From the NCBI GenBank assembly GCA_963773065.1, contig CAVYZN010000008.1, positions 96,001-160,000 of the forward strand: a stretch of DNA of 64,000 nucleotides. Direction: 5' to 3'. The DNA is from an uncultured Gammaproteobacteria bacterium (GTDB lineage Bacteria; Pseudomonadota; Gammaproteobacteria; UBA9214). This document shows positions 21,732 to 35,634 of this stretch, piece after piece. How positions within the stretch are numbered: position 1 is the stretch's first letter; each line of letters begins with the position of its first letter. Both the position numbers and the translations under genes were made by a program. The notes beneath the pieces were generated by a model. The model saw only the letters and a program-made list of their open reading frames with translations, was not told where the DNA came from and searched no databases.

Positions 21732-22506
21732 CTAGCCTGGCAAACCCTTGCCGCCGCCTACGCCGGTTTCCACCGGTTGCCAGTACACGGAAAACCCGTT
21801 GCTATAACGCAGATCCACGCTTTTCAGCGCCTCAAGATGTCCGGCGAACACTTGCGGGAAAGTACGCACGAAACGCCGCAGCCGCAGCTCCGTGTCCGCG
21901 CGCCCCAGCTCCAGCCGCACGGCGTTATCCAGCTCAATGCGCCAGGCGCGACGCTCGTTGAGGTCTATACGGGCGATGCGAAGGCCAAGCGGCGCGAGCG
22001 TCTGCGTGCACTGACGGTACTGCTCCAGCACCACCTGTTCATGACCCACCGGCCCGCTGAGGCGTGGCAGCGCAAGCTCGGCCGGCAACTGGCGCGGGAC
22101 GAAAATCTCGCCGTAGCGGTTCAGCAGCCCGGCCTCGCCCCAGCGCGCCACCGGCTCCTGCTCCTCGATGTTAACGATCAGGCGGTCCGGCCAGTCCCGC
22201 TGCACCGTGGCCCGGTAGACCCAGGGCAGGGCCTCGACCGCATCATGGATGCCGGTCACGTCCACGGTGAAAAACCCGCCTTGCAGATATGGCGCCAGCG
22301 TCTGCCGTAGGTCATCTTTCTCCAGATGGCGCAATTCGCTGGCGACCTTCACCACCCGCAGCGGGTAGCGATACGGGTCCTGCAGCCATTGCACGCCCAG
22401 CGCCAGCGTCGTACCCATGAGCGCGAGCAGCAGCAGGCCGGTGATGAATCGGAAATGATCCCGCAGGAACGCGCCTGCGCCGCGCCAGCGCGGAGTGCGC
22501 CGCGCT

Positions 22507-22520
<14 letters not shown>
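21732..22520 (-). CDS. ftsQ: Cell division protein FtsQ
   Basis: Single TM helix, POTRA LPWVYRATVQRDWPDRL, DLRYSNGFSV; GGAGG upstream of ATG 22520. Confidence 0.93.
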
Positions 22521-24393
<1,873 letters not shown>

Positions 24394-24424
24394 CCTCGTT
24401 GCCACCGCCGTAAAGTGGGACCGC

Positions 24425-25874
24425 TCATTCGGCATCACCCCTTACCCGCAGCTCATCGGCCAGCCGGGCCGCCACGGCGCCGATGTCGCCGGCGCCCATG
24501 GTGAGCAGCACGTCGCCGTCCTGCAGGATGTCTTGCAACACCGCCGGCAGATCGGCGATGTTATCGAGGAACACCGGATCGACATGACCGCGCGCCCGTA
24601 TTCCGCGGCACAGGGCGCGCCCGTCCGCCCCGCTGATCGGCGATTCGCCGGCGGGATAGATCTCGCTCAGGATCAGCGCATCCACCCCGGAGAGAACCTG
24701 GGTGAAATCATCGAAGAGATCATGGGTGCGCGTGTAGCGGTGCGGCTGGAACGCTACCACCAGCCGCCGCTCCGGCCAGCCCGCGCGCACCGCCGCCAGT
24801 GTCGGTGCGATCTCGCGCGGATGGTGGGCGTAATCATCGATCAGCAGCACACGGCCGGCCGGCGTCTGCACCTCGCCGGTCATCTGGAAGCGGCGGCCGA
24901 TGCCCTCGAATCCGGCCAGCACGCGCTGGATGGCCGCATCGGACACCCCCAGCTCGGTAGCCACCGCGATGGCCGCCAGCGCGTTCAGCACGTTGTGGCG
25001 TCCCGGCAGGTTCAGGGTGATCGGCAGTACACGCTCGTGGCCCGGACGACGCACGGTGAAATGGGTCCGCACCCCTTCCTGGCGCATGTTGGCGGCGCGT
25101 ACATCGGCTTCTTCTTCGATACCATAGGTGATGACCGGACGGGTCACCTCGGGCAGTACGTTGCGTATCGCCGGGTCGTCCAGGCACAGCACCGCCAGGC
25201 CGTAGAACGGCAGGTGATGCAAGAACTCGATGAAGGTTTGGCGCAGGCGTTCGAAGTCGCCTTCGTAGGTGGAGAGGTGATCCGCGTCGATATTGGTGAC
25301 CACGGCGAGCGATGGCTGCAGGTACAGGAAGGAGGCGTCACTCTCGTCCGCCTCGGCCACCAGGTAATGACCGTCGCCGAGACGCGCATGACTGCCCGCG
25401 CTGTTCAGTTGGCCGCCGATCACGAAGGTCGGATCCAGCCCGCCCTCGGCCAGCAGACTGGCGATCAGAGCTGGTGGTCGTGGTCTTGCCATGCGTACCG
25501 GCCACGCCGATTCCATAGCGGAAGCGCATCAATTCGGCGAGCATCTCCGCGCGCGGCACCACCGGGATGCGCCGCTGCCTGGCGGTCGCTACCTCGGGGT
25601 TGTCGGCCCCGACCGCGCTGGATACCACGACCGCGTCGCTTTCTTCGACATGCCGGGCGTCGTGCCCGGCCCATACTTTGACGCCCAGCCGGTTCAGCCG
25701 GCGCGTGACCGCGTTCTCGCGCAGGTCGGAACCGCTGACGATGTAGCCGAGGTTGTGCAGGACCTCGGCGATGCCGCCCATACCGGCGCCGCCGGCGCCG
25801 ACAAAGTGTATGCGGCGCACCCGACCCATGCCCTGCGGCTGGGAAGCGGCGGTGGGACGCACCGGTAGACTCAT
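24425..25874 (-). CDS. murC: UDP-N-acetylmuramate--L-alanine ligase (+1 frameshift near 25469)
   Basis: [24 protein letters not shown], then [26 protein letters not shown] in the shifted frame. Confidence 0.95.
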
Positions 25875-27001
25875 GACGGCAACCCCCGCTTGAGGGCCTT
25901 AGGTTCGATCCCGGCGGCCTGCAGGCACAAGCCGGCGACGCGCCGCGCCGCCTCCGGCCGGGCCAGTTCGCGCGCCCGGCGCGCCATGGCGAGCAGGGTG
26001 TCGCGTCGACCGATGAATCGGGTCAGCGCCTCGGTGAGGCGCTCGGCGGTCAGACTGGCCTGCGGCATCAGCAGCGCCGCCCCGGCATCGGCCAGATAGC
26101 GGGCATTGCCGGTTTGATGGTCATCCGCGGCATGGGGATAAGGCACCAGGATCGCGGCCACGCCGGCAACGGCCAGTTCGGCCACGGTCAGGGCCCCGGA
26201 ACGGCACACCACCAGGTCTGCCCAGGCGTAGGCTGCGGCCATGTCCTCGATAAAGGCCTCAACCCTGGCGTCGCACTCGAGTTCGCGGTAGCTAAGCCGA
26301 ACGCCGGCCACCTCAGCCTCGCCGGTCTGGTGGTGAACTCGCGGGCGTTCGGCCGCGGGCAGGCGCGCGATGGCCTGCGGGACCACCCGGTTCAACGCTT
26401 GGGCGCCCAAACTGCCGCCGATAACCAGCAGGCGCAGCGCCCCGGAACGGCTGGCAAACCGTGTTTCTGGCGCCGCCAGCGCGCTGATGGCGGCGCGCAC
26501 TGGGTTGCCGGCAGCCACCGCGCGGCGCGCCGCCGGCATACTGCCGGGGAAGCCTTCGAGGACGGTGTGGGCGAGCGGCGCCAGCAGGCGGTTGGTCAGA
26601 CCAGGGACGGAATTCTGTTCGTGTATCAGCAGCGGACGGCGCAGCAGCCAGGCGATGAAACCGCCCGGCCCGGCGGCAAACCCGCCCATGCCGAGCACCA
26701 CCATGGGGCGAATGCGCAGGAACACCAGCAGCGTTTGCAGGAGGGCGAATGTCAGCATGAACGGCGCGAGGAAGACGCGCGGCAGTCCTTTGCCACGCAA
26801 ACCCGATACCCGTATCGACGTCAGTGTATAGCCGGCGGCGGGGACGACCCTGGCCTCCAGGCCCCGGCGTGTTCCCAGCCACGCCACCGGCACACCCAGT
26901 GCGGTGAGTTCAGCGGCGACCGCGAGCGCGGGAAACACATGCCCGCCCGTTCCCCCCGCCATGATGAGCACCGGTCCTGAACTGCTGGGCTCGAATGTCA
27001 T
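25871..27001 (-). CDS. murG: Lipid II N-acetylglucosaminyltransferase MurG
   Basis: [33 protein letters not shown]. Confidence 0.98.
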   Translation of the reverse strand: MTFEPSSSGPVLIMAGGTGGHVFPALAVAAELTALGVPVAWLGTRRGLEARVVPAAGYTLTSIRVSGLRGKGLPRVFLAPFMLTFALLQTLLVFLRIRPMVVLGMGGFAAGPGGFIAWLLRRPLLIHEQNSVPGLTNRLLAPLAHTVLEGFPGSMPAARRAVAAGNPVRAAISALAAPETRFASRSGALRLLVIGGSLGAQALNRVVPQAIARLPAAERPRVHHQTGEAEVAGVRLSYRELECDARVEAFIEDMAAAYAWADLVVCRSGALTVAELAVAGVAAILVPYPHAADDHQTGNARYLADAGAALLMPQASLTAERLTEALTRFIGRRDTLLAMARRARELARPEAARRVAGLCLQAAGIEPKALKRGLPS

Positions 27002-28212
27002 GCGCCCTGCCTCCGGCGTTTCGCCGCCGCCGCCCCGCTCGCCGTCAGGCCCTCGACCGTGCAGCGTGTTTCATAATCGACCCGCAGCAACACGCCGATG
27101 GCGGCGCAGATCACCACCATGCTGGAGCCGCCATAGCTCATCAGCGGCAAGGTCAGCCCCTTGGTAGGCAGCAGCCCCATGTTGACGCCCATGTTGATGA
27201 AGCCCTGCAGGCCGATCCAGATGCCGATACCGTAGGCGAGCAGGGCGGCGAACGCGCAGCCCGCCTTCTCCGCCTGTATGGCAATGACGAAGGCACGCCA
27301 TACCAACATGGCATAGAGGGCGATCACGGTGCACACCCCCAGCAGTCCGAGTTCCTCGGCGAGCACGGCAAACACGAAGTCGGTATGCGCCTCCGGGAGA
27401 TAGAACAGCTTCTGGACACTCGCGCCCAGCCCCACGCCGAGCCATTCACCCCGGCCGATGGCGATCAGGGATTGGGTCAACTGAAAACCGCTGTTGAACG
27501 GGTCCGCCCAGGGATTGAGAAAGGTCGTCAGGCGCTCCATGCGATAGGGCGAGGACACGGCGAGACCCGCCAGCGACAGCCCCCCCAGCCCGAGCATGCC
27601 GCTGAATTGCCACAATCTCACGCCGGCGATGAAGATCATGCCCATGGCGGTGGCCAGCATTACCACGGTGGCGCCGAAGTCGGGTTCGAGCAGCAGCAGG
27701 ATCGCGGCCAATCCGAGCAGCACCAGCGGTTTGATGAAACCGGATACCCGGGCGCGGACTTCATCGCCGTGGCGTGCCAGGTAGCTAGCGAGGTAGATCA
27801 GGATCATCAGCTTCGCCGGCTCCGATACCTGCAGACGGAACAAGCCCGTATTGATCCAGCGCACGCTGCCGTTCACTTCGGTGCCGAGGCCGGGAACCAG
27901 CACCGCGAACAGCAGGGCAAAGGCGGTCAACAGCAGCAGCATGCCGGCCTGTTCCAGCATCGCCAGGCGCACGCGATACATGCCTACCCCGGCCAGCACG
28001 CCGGCGCCGATATAAATGAACTGCCGCAAGGCATAGTAGAACGGCTGACCCAGTTCGCGGTCGGCCAGGGTAATGCTCGCGGAAGCCACCATGACCAGAC
28101 CCAGCGCCGTCAGGGCCAGCGCGGCGAACAATAACGGGTAATCCATGCGCGGCAGTCGGCGGACGCGACCGGCGTGACTCGGGCTAGCCTGGCGGGCACC
28201 GGCCACTATCAT
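26998..28212 (-). CDS. ftsW: SEDS peptidoglycan polymerase FtsW
   Basis: EPDFG, LPEAHTDFVFAVLAEELG, LPTKGLTLPLMSYGGSS. Confidence 0.98.
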   Translation of the reverse strand: MIVAGARQASPSHAGRVRRLPRMDYPLLFAALALTALGLVMVASASITLADRELGQPFYYALRQFIYIGAGVLAGVGMYRVRLAMLEQAGMLLLLTAFALLFAVLVPGLGTEVNGSVRWINTGLFRLQVSEPAKLMILIYLASYLARHGDEVRARVSGFIKPLVLLGLAAILLLLEPDFGATVVMLATAMGMIFIAGVRLWQFSGMLGLGGLSLAGLAVSSPYRMERLTTFLNPWADPFNSGFQLTQSLIAIGRGEWLGVGLGASVQKLFYLPEAHTDFVFAVLAEELGLLGVCTVIALYAMLVWRAFVIAIQAEKAGCAFAALLAYGIGIWIGLQGFINMGVNMGLLPTKGLTLPLMSYGGSSMVVICAAIGVLLRVDYETRCTVEGLTASGAAAAKRRRQGA

Positions 28213-29600
28213 GCCGTCAGCCCCCTGAGCGCCTTGACGAAGAGATCGCCGCGCTCCTGGAAATCACGGTACATGTCCGTGCTCGCGCAGGCCGGAGAGA
28301 GCAGCACGCAGTCACCGGGCCGCGCCATCCGGGAAGCGAGTTGCACGGCCTCCTGCATGTCTCCTGCCCGCTCGATGGGGACGATGGTCTGCAGGACTGC
28401 CTGCACCCGCGGGGCATCCCTGCCGATCAGAACGGCGCCGCGCCCTTTTTGCCGCATGGCGGCGGAGAGCGGAGACAGATCCGCGCCTTTGGCGTCGCCA
28501 CCGGCGATCAGCACGACAGGCCCTTCCGCGCTGTCGATGGCCGCCAGCGTGGCCCCGACGTTGGTGCCCTTGGAATCGTTGTACCAGCGCACGCCCGCCA
28601 GGTTGGCGATGAGCTGCATGCGATGCGGCAGGCCGCGGAATTCGTTGATAGCCTCGATCATGGCATCGCGCGCGAGACCGACCGCTTCGCCCAGGGCCAG
28701 TGCGGCGAGCGCATTCATGACGTTGTGACGCCCGTCCATGCGGATCCCCGAAACCGGCATGATGGGCTCCTCGCCCCGGGCAAGCCAGCGGGCGCCCTGG
28801 TATTCGCACACGCCGTATTCACTCGCCGCCGGCGTGCCCATCGTATAGCGTAGCTGCGCCCGGTCCGGGTAGGCCAGCCGGGTGACGAGCGGGTCATCGG
28901 CGTTGACGACCTGTACGGCGGCCTGACGGTAGATCGACTGCTTGGCGCTCGAATAGGCCTCGAGGTCGGCGTAGCGATCCATGTGATCGGGGCTGATATT
29001 GAGCACGACCGCGGCCGCCGGCCGCAGCGAGTACGTGGTTTCGAGCTGGAAGCTGGAAAGTTCAAGCACGTAGAGGTCCGGCTCGCGATCCGAGATCAGG
29101 TCCAGCGCCGGCGTGCCGATGTTGGCGCCCATGCGCACATCCTTGCCGGCGCTCTGCGCCATGGCGTTCAGCAGGGTCGTTACCGTGCTTTTGCCGTTGG
29201 AGCCCGTGATGGCCACCACCGGCGCGGTCACCAGTTGCGCGAACAGCTCCACATCGCCGATGACCGGCACCCCGCGGGCGGCCGCCGCCGCGATCAGGGG
29301 TTCCCCGACCGGCACACCGGGGCTGACGATCACCTGCTCGGCCCGCTCGAATGCCTCCGCCTTGAAGCCGCCAAGAAACAGGGCGACGTCGGCCGGCAAC
29401 TCGGCGCGCAGGGCTTCAAGACCGGGAGGATTCGCGCGGCTGTCGACGATGGCGACCGCCACGCCGCGCCGCGACAAGAAGCGCGCCACGGACAGGCCGG
29501 TCTTGCCCAGCCCGACCACCAGTGTTCTGCGTGCCGTATCAAACGTAACCGTCATCATCGAAACCGCAACCGCCATCGCATCCCCGACGCTCTCAGCCAC
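28209..29600 (-). CDS. murD: UDP-N-acetylmuramoyl-L-alanine--D-glutamate ligase
   Basis: ITGSNGKSTVT, LELSSFQLE, DHMDRY, NDSKGTNVGA, LLSPACAS. Confidence 0.98.
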   Translation of the reverse strand: MAESVGDAMAVAVSMMTVTFDTARRTLVVGLGKTGLSVARFLSRRGVAVAIVDSRANPPGLEALRAELPADVALFLGGFKAEAFERAEQVIVSPGVPVGEPLIAAAAARGVPVIGDVELFAQLVTAPVVAITGSNGKSTVTTLLNAMAQSAGKDVRMGANIGTPALDLISDREPDLYVLELSSFQLETTYSLRPAAAVVLNISPDHMDRYADLEAYSSAKQSIYRQAAVQVVNADDPLVTRLAYPDRAQLRYTMGTPAASEYGVCEYQGARWLARGEEPIMPVSGIRMDGRHNVMNALAALALGEAVGLARDAMIEAINEFRGLPHRMQLIANLAGVRWYNDSKGTNVGATLAAIDSAEGPVVLIAGGDAKGADLSPLSAAMRQKGRGAVLIGRDAPRVQAVLQTIVPIERAGDMQEAVQLASRMARPGDCVLLSPACASTDMYRDFQERGDLFVKALRGLTA

Positions 29601-29662
29601 AGAGCCACCAAATCCTCATCAACCCCGAGTACCGCCTCGGCACCGGTATACGCCTTGCCATC

Positions 29663-30745
29663 TCACCGAATCTTCAGCGTCGCCAGACCGATCAGCACGA
29701 GTATCACCGTGATGATCCAGAAACGGACGATGACCCGCGGCTCCGGCCAGCCCTTGAGCTCGAAATGGTGGTGCAGCGGCGCCATGCGGAATATCCGGCG
29801 GCCCGTCAGCTTGAAAGACGCCACCTGGAGTATGACCGACACGGTCTCCATCACGAACAGCCCGGCCATGAGCAGAAACACGAATTCCTGCCGCACCAGC
29901 ACCGCGACGATACCCAGCGCCGCGCCCAGGGCGAGCGCCCCGACGTCACCCATGAATACCATGGCCGGGTAGGCGTTGAACCAGAGAAAGCCCAGGCCGG
30001 CGCCGACCAGCGCGCCGCAGAAGATCACCACCTCCGCCGCGTCGCGGATGTAGGGGATGCCGAGATAGACGGCGAACTTCACGTTGCCGGTGGTGTAGGC
30101 GAATACACCCAGCGCACCGGCAATCAGTACCGTCGGCAGGATGGCGAGTCCGTCCAGACCATCGGTCAGATTCACCGCGTTGCTAGAACCGACGATGACA
30201 ATATAGGCCATGAGGACGTAAACCCAGCCGAGGTTCACCGCTATGCCCTTGAAGAACGGTACGATCAGCGTGGTCTCGGCGGGGGTCATGGCGCTCGCGT
30301 AGAGAAACAGGGCGATGCTCAGCGCGATGAGCGATTGCCAGAACATCTTCACCCGCGGCTGCAGGCCGGTGGAGTTTTTCCGGACCAGCTTCTTGTAATC
30401 ATCGACCCAGCCGATGGCCCCGAACAGCAACGTGACCAGCAGCACCACCCAGATATAGCGGTTGCCCAGATCGGCCCACAGCAGGGTCGAGACCGCGATG
30501 GCCACCAGGATCAGCGCACCGCCCATGGTCGGCGTCCCCGCTTTCAGCAGATGCGACTGCGGGCCATCATTGCGCACCGTCTGGCCGATCTGATAGCGGC
30601 CTAGGCGGCGGATCATTTCCGGACCGATGACGAATGAAATCAGCAAGGCCGTCAGAACAGTCAGGATGGCTCGCAGCGTCAGATACTGGAACACATTGAA
30701 GCCGCTGTAATACTGGCTGAGGTATTCGGTGAGATAGACGAGCAT
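29663..30745 (-). CDS. mraY: Phospho-N-acetylmuramoyl-pentapeptide transferase
   Basis: [38 protein letters not shown]. Confidence 0.99.
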   Translation of the reverse strand: MLVYLTEYLSQYYSGFNVFQYLTLRAILTVLTALLISFVIGPEMIRRLGRYQIGQTVRNDGPQSHLLKAGTPTMGGALILVAIAVSTLLWADLGNRYIWVVLLVTLLFGAIGWVDDYKKLVRKNSTGLQPRVKMFWQSLIALSIALFLYASAMTPAETTLIVPFFKGIAVNLGWVYVLMAYIVIVGSSNAVNLTDGLDGLAILPTVLIAGALGVFAYTTGNVKFAVYLGIPYIRDAAEVVIFCGALVGAGLGFLWFNAYPAMVFMGDVGALALGAALGIVAVLVRQEFVFLLMAGLFVMETVSVILQVASFKLTGRRIFRMAPLHHHFELKGWPEPRVIVRFWIITVILVLIGLATLKIR

Positions 30746-30747
30746 GG

Positions 30748-32136
30748 CTAGTGCTGCGCCTCCTGTGGGGTGTTTGTTTGGCTACGCGCCGTGACGCCCA
30801 GAGCCGCCACGACGCGTTCCATGCGCATGCGCCGCGAGCCTTTCACCAGCACCTGCAGCCCGTCATGCAGGGTCTCGCGCAGGGCCGTGACCAACGCATC
30901 GAGGCTGTCAAACGCCGCGGCATCGGCGCCGAAAGAATCGGCGGCGGACCGGGCCAGATCCCCCAGGGTAAACAGCCGGTCCACGCCCGCGGCGCGCGCC
31001 CGGCGGCCGGCCTCGCGGTGGAGCTCTTCAGCCCCGCGGCCGAGCTCGCCCATATCGCCGAGCACCAGCCAGGTCTCGCCGCCGGCCATGGCCAGCACCT
31101 CGAGCGCGGCCTGCAGCGACCCGGGGTTCGCATTATAAGTATCGTCGATCACCGTGATCGCATCGGGCAGACGATGGATAGTGAAACGGCCGGCGACCGG
31201 TGATAGCGATGCCAGCCCCTGACTGACGGCATCCAGGCCGGCGCCGGCCGCCAGGGCGGCCGCGCTGGCGGCCAGTGCGTTCATGACGTTGTGCCGTCCG
31301 GGCAGCGGCAAGCGGAATTCGGTTTCACCCCAGGGGGTGGACAACATGATCCGGCTGCCGTCCACATCGCCCTGCCAGCGGGCATGCACGTCCGTCTGCG
31401 CCTGCAGCCCGAAGTCCACGATCCGGCAGCGGGCGGCGAGTTTGCGCCAGAGCGGCGCATAATGATCATCGGCATTGATGACCGCCACGCCCTGCGGCCT
31501 CAGGTGCGCAAACACCTCCCCCTTGGCCCGGGCCACACTCTCGATATCACCGAAGCCTTCCAGATGGGCCGGCCCGGCATTGGTGACGACCGCGATGTCG
31601 GGTTGCGCGATGGCGGCGAGATAGTCGATCTCGCCGGGATGGTTCGCGCCCATCTCCAGCACGGCGTACCGGTCATCCGGGGACAGGCGGAACAGCGTCA
31701 GCGGCAGGCCGATGTCGTTGTTGAGATTGCCCTGCGTGGCCAGCGTCCGGCCGGCGCATGCAAGGATGGCGAGCGTCATGCTGCGCACCGTGGTCTTGCC
31801 GTTGCTGCCCGTGACGGCGACCACCGGCAACGGGAATTGCGCGCGCCAGTAGGCGGCGAGCCGCCCGAGCGCAAGCCGCGTGTCCTCGACCTCGAGCAGC
31901 GGCAGCGAAGTTGCGCACCTGCGGCTGACGGCCGCCGCCGCCGCGCCCCGCTCGCGCGCGGCTTCGAGGTAATCATGGCCGTCGAAGTTCGGTCCCCGCA
32001 GGGCGACGAACAGATTGCCCGGCTGCAGTTGCCGGGTGTCGGTGCTCACGCCGCGGAAGTGGACGTCGGCGGAAACACGGCGAGAAGCAAGCACCTCGGC
32101 GGCTTTCGAAAGCGGCATCGCCATCATCTCGACCAT
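30748..32136 (-). CDS. murF: UDP-N-acetylmuramoyl-tripeptide--D-alanyl-D-alanine ligase
   Basis: [44 protein letters not shown]. Confidence 0.98.
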   Translation of the reverse strand: MVEMMAMPLSKAAEVLASRRVSADVHFRGVSTDTRQLQPGNLFVALRGPNFDGHDYLEAARERGAAAAAVSRRCATSLPLLEVEDTRLALGRLAAYWRAQFPLPVVAVTGSNGKTTVRSMTLAILACAGRTLATQGNLNNDIGLPLTLFRLSPDDRYAVLEMGANHPGEIDYLAAIAQPDIAVVTNAGPAHLEGFGDIESVARAKGEVFAHLRPQGVAVINADDHYAPLWRKLAARCRIVDFGLQAQTDVHARWQGDVDGSRIMLSTPWGETEFRLPLPGRHNVMNALAASAAALAAGAGLDAVSQGLASLSPVAGRFTIHRLPDAITVIDDTYNANPGSLQAALEVLAMAGGETWLVLGDMGELGRGAEELHREAGRRARAAGVDRLFTLGDLARSAADSFGADAAAFDSLDALVTALRETLHDGLQVLVKGSRRMRMERVVAALGVTARSQTNTPQEAQH

Positions 32137-33659
32137 TCCCGCTTCAGGGCCATGACCCGTTCACGGTCACTGAACGGCAAGGCCTTGTCACCGATGATCT
32201 GCACCGTTTCATGGCCCTTGCCGGCGATCAGCACGATATCGTCCGCTCCGGCCTCCTGTAGCGCCGCGGCGATGGCAACGGCGCGGTTGTGCTCGATACG
32301 CACCCGCTCGGGATGAGCAAAGCCGGCGCAGATGTCCCGCATGATGCGTTGCGGGTCTTCGCTGCGCGGATTGTCGTCGGTCAGGATTAACCGGTCGGCG
32401 TGGTGTTCCGCCGCGGCCGCCATCAGCGGACGCTTGCCTCGGTCACGATCACCCCCGGCGCCGAACACGCACCACAATTCCCCGGCGCAATGCGTCCGCA
32501 ATGATCCCAGCACCTCATCCAGCGCGCCTGCGGTATGGGCGTAGTCGACGACTGCCAGCGGGCGCCCGGGACCCAGGTCAAAACGCTCCATGCGACCCGG
32601 CACGGTGCGCGTTCTCGCCAGGCGGAGCAGCGCTTCCTCAAACGGCAGGCCGGATATGCACAGGCTGGCGAGCGCCGCGAGCAGGTTACTGGCGTTGAAG
32701 CGGCCCAGCAGTGGACTGCCGAGCAGACCACTGCCCCACGGCGTACTCACGTCAAGTTGCATGCCGTCGATGTCAAGCCGCAGCTTGCGCCCGACGACCC
32801 ATTGCGCGGGGAAGCGTGTCCGGCAGGGTTCCCGCTCAATCGTGTAGGCCACCGGGGCGACACCGGGCGGGATATCATCGAGCAGGCGACGGCCGAAGGC
32901 GTCGTCCGCATTGATCACGGCATACCGCAGCCCATCGCCGTGGAACAGCTTGCGCTTGGCATGCGCATAGGATTCGATATCGCCGTGGTAGTCGAGATGA
33001 TCGCGCGACAGGTTGGTCAACACGGCGACGTCGAAATTCACGCCTCGCACCCGTCCCTGGTCCAGGGCGTGCGAGGACACCTCGGCGACCACGCAGCGCG
33101 CACCCTGCTGCTGCAGGGTATACAACGCCCGCTGCAGCGCGAGTCCATCCGGTGTGGTGTGGGTCCCGGGATTTAACTCGTTGTACAGACCATAGCCCAG
33201 CGTACCGACTACACCACAACGGCGGTCGACGCTGTCGAGCGCCTGGGCGATGTAATGACTGCAGGAGGTCTTGCCATCGGTGCCGGTGATGCCGATCATG
33301 AACAGGCCGCGCGAGGGATGCCCGTAGTAGATGTCGGCGATCAGCCCCACCTTCTGACTCAACGCGGGAACCGCCACCACCGGCACCGGCAACAAGGCCG
33401 CCAGTTCCGCCAGACCGGCCACGCCCGCGGCCGGCTCCCAGGCCACGGCCGCCGCGCCGAGCGCAAGCGCCTGCCGCGCATGCTGCAGGCCATGGGTCCG
33501 GCTGCCGGCCACCGCCAGAAACAGATCACCCGGCTGCACCTTGCGGCTGTCCAGGGCGAGCCCGGCGATGGCGACCTGCTGCCTGATCTCCGCGCCCGCC
33601 AGGCCGTGCAACAGCCCGCCGAGGGTATGCCCAGTCTTCTCGATCTTCGCCGGCATCAT
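32124..33659 (-). CDS. murE: UDP-N-acetylmuramoyl-dipeptide--meso-diaminopimelate ligase
   Basis: EVSSHALDQGRV, NLSRDHLDYH, DYAHT, DAP-specific DNPR motif, AGKGHE. Confidence 0.98.
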   Translation of the reverse strand: MMPAKIEKTGHTLGGLLHGLAGAEIRQQVAIAGLALDSRKVQPGDLFLAVAGSRTHGLQHARQALALGAAAVAWEPAAGVAGLAELAALLPVPVVAVPALSQKVGLIADIYYGHPSRGLFMIGITGTDGKTSCSHYIAQALDSVDRRCGVVGTLGYGLYNELNPGTHTTPDGLALQRALYTLQQQGARCVVAEVSSHALDQGRVRGVNFDVAVLTNLSRDHLDYHGDIESYAHAKRKLFHGDGLRYAVINADDAFGRRLLDDIPPGVAPVAYTIEREPCRTRFPAQWVVGRKLRLDIDGMQLDVSTPWGSGLLGSPLLGRFNASNLLAALASLCISGLPFEEALLRLARTRTVPGRMERFDLGPGRPLAVVDYAHTAGALDEVLGSLRTHCAGELWCVFGAGGDRDRGKRPLMAAAAEHHADRLILTDDNPRSEDPQRIMRDICAGFAHPERVRIEHNRAVAIAAALQEAGADDIVLIAGKGHETVQIIGDKALPFSDRERVMALKREWSR

Positions 33660-35368
33660 GCGCCATCTCCCGGCGCGTCGTGGCGCGTCTCCAGCAGTGG
33701 CAGCTTGTCCGGCGGAATCGCCATCAAGCGCAGCGCGCCGGACATCACCCGGGAGAACACCGGCGCTGCCACCAGGCCGCCGTAGTAATCGCCCTTGCCC
33801 GGTTCATTCAACATCACCACCATCACCAGGCGCGGATCACTGGCCGGCGCCATGCCCGCGAACACGGACAGGTATTTGTCGTGGGCATAGCCGCCCGCCA
33901 CCGACTTGTGCACGGTGCCGGTCTTGCCGGCAACTCGGTAACCCGTCACCTGTGCCGCCGGCGCGGTGCCCTCGGGTCCGGCGGCCTGCTCCAGCATGCC
34001 GACCACCTGCTGCGCGATACGCCGCGAGATAACCCGCTGGCCCTCCGGCGGTGCATCCTGGCGTAGAAAGGTTACCGGACGCCTGACTCCGCCCGCGGCC
34101 AGCGTGGCATAGGCCTGGGCCAGTTGCAGGGGCGTCACCGACACGCCATAGCCGAACGCCAGCGTCGCCGTTTCGAACTCCTTCCAGTTGCGGTAATTCG
34201 CCAGCAGGCCGGAGGCCTCGCCCGGGAAGCCGCTTGCCGTCGCCGCACCGAAACCGACACCCGAGAGCGTCGACCAGATACGCTCGGCCGGCAGCGACAA
34301 GGCAATCTTGGTGATGCCGACATTGCTCGATTTGCGGATCACGCCGGCCACGTCAAGCAGGCCGTAATCGTGCACGTCCCTGACCGTGTTGCGGCCCACG
34401 CGAAACCAGCCCGGCTCGGTATCGACCGGTGTTTCCGGCGTATAGCGTCCGTCCGCGAGCGCGCAGGCCACGATGAAAGGCTTCATGGTGGACCCGGGCT
34501 CAAACACGTCGGTTACCGCGCGGTTGCGCAGCATCTGTCGGTGCAGCCTTTGACGGTTGTTCGGGTTGTAGGATGGCTGGTTGACCATGGCCAGAATCTC
34601 GCCGGTCCTGACATCGAGCACGACGGCGGAGGCGGAACGTGCGTCGTGTTCCTTCATGGCCGCCAGCAATTCACGGTAGGCAAGGTACTGGATACGCCGG
34701 TCGATGCTCAGCAGCAGATCCTTGCCGGGACGCGGACGGCGTATGCTCTCGACATCCTCGATCGTATGACGCTCGCCATCCTTGATAACACGCTTCGCGC
34801 CGGGCTCGCCGCGCAGCCAGTCGCCATAGGCCAACTCCAGCCCTTCCTGGCCAACATCGTCGATATTGGTGAACCCGATCACCTGCGCGGCCACTTCACC
34901 GGCCGGGTAATAGCGCTTGTATTCCTTCTGCAGATACACGCCCATGATGTCCATGGCCCGCACCTGCTCGGCGAGCGCGGGACTGATGTGGCGCTGCAGG
35001 TAAACAAACTCCCGCCCGGCGTGGGCTGCCACAAGCTGCTGTACATGATCCCGGTCGAGCGACAGCAACCGCGCCAGTGCGGTAATCCCCTCCTGCACAC
35101 CGACCAGTTCCTGCGGATTGACCCAGACCGATTCGACCTGGGTGCTGACCGCCAGTGGTTCCCCCTGCCGGTCCAGGATCATGCCGCGGTGCGCGGGAAG
35201 CTCCTCGACGCGCATGTGCCGCGCCTCGCCCTGTACCTGCAGAAAATCCTTGTCCAGTACCTGCAGGCTGACCGCCCGCCATACCAGCGTCCCCAGCGCG
35301 AGCAGCATGCCTGCGATCAGCACGGCGCGCCGGCCCGGCTGAACGTAACATGTCCTGTTCCTGTTCAT
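33656..35368 (-). CDS. ftsI: Penicillin-binding protein 3 (FtsI)
   Basis: SxxK (EPGSTMKP), SxN (KSSNVG), KTG (GKTGT). Confidence 0.98.
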   Translation of the reverse strand: MNRNRTCYVQPGRRAVLIAGMLLALGTLVWRAVSLQVLDKDFLQVQGEARHMRVEELPAHRGMILDRQGEPLAVSTQVESVWVNPQELVGVQEGITALARLLSLDRDHVQQLVAAHAGREFVYLQRHISPALAEQVRAMDIMGVYLQKEYKRYYPAGEVAAQVIGFTNIDDVGQEGLELAYGDWLRGEPGAKRVIKDGERHTIEDVESIRRPRPGKDLLLSIDRRIQYLAYRELLAAMKEHDARSASAVVLDVRTGEILAMVNQPSYNPNNRQRLHRQMLRNRAVTDVFEPGSTMKPFIVACALADGRYTPETPVDTEPGWFRVGRNTVRDVHDYGLLDVAGVIRKSSNVGITKIALSLPAERIWSTLSGVGFGAATASGFPGEASGLLANYRNWKEFETATLAFGYGVSVTPLQLAQAYATLAAGGVRRPVTFLRQDAPPEGQRVISRRIAQQVVGMLEQAAGPEGTAPAAQVTGYRVAGKTGTVHKSVAGGYAHDKYLSVFAGMAPASDPRLVMVVMLNEPGKGDYYGGLVAAPVFSRVMSGALRLMAIPPDKLPLLETRHDAPGDGA

Positions 35369-35634
35369 GGTTTCAACATCACCATCTGGTTCGGCGCCGG
35401 ACTAATCATGCCCAGCCGGCTGTGGGCGGCATACTCGACCTGACCTTGCGTGGTCAAAGTGCTTTGCTCCAATTGCAGCTGGCCCCACTCGACATCCATC
35501 CGGTCTTTCTCGTCGCTCAGCGCCTGCAACTCCACGAACAACTTGCGGCCCTCATGCTTGGCGTAAACCACGCCAAAGGACGACGCAATGACAGCCAGCA
35601 CCAGGACGAACACGCTGGTCGGGCGGGCGCTCAT
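35365..35634 (-). CDS. ftsL: Cell division protein FtsL
   Basis: TM helix then coiled coil EWGQLQLEQSTL; ATG 35634 overlaps the rsmH stop. Confidence 0.93.
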   Translation of the reverse strand: MSARPTSVFVLVLAVIASSFGVVYAKHEGRKLFVELQALSDEKDRMDVEWGQLQLEQSTLTTQGQVEYAAHSRLGMISPAPNQMVMLKP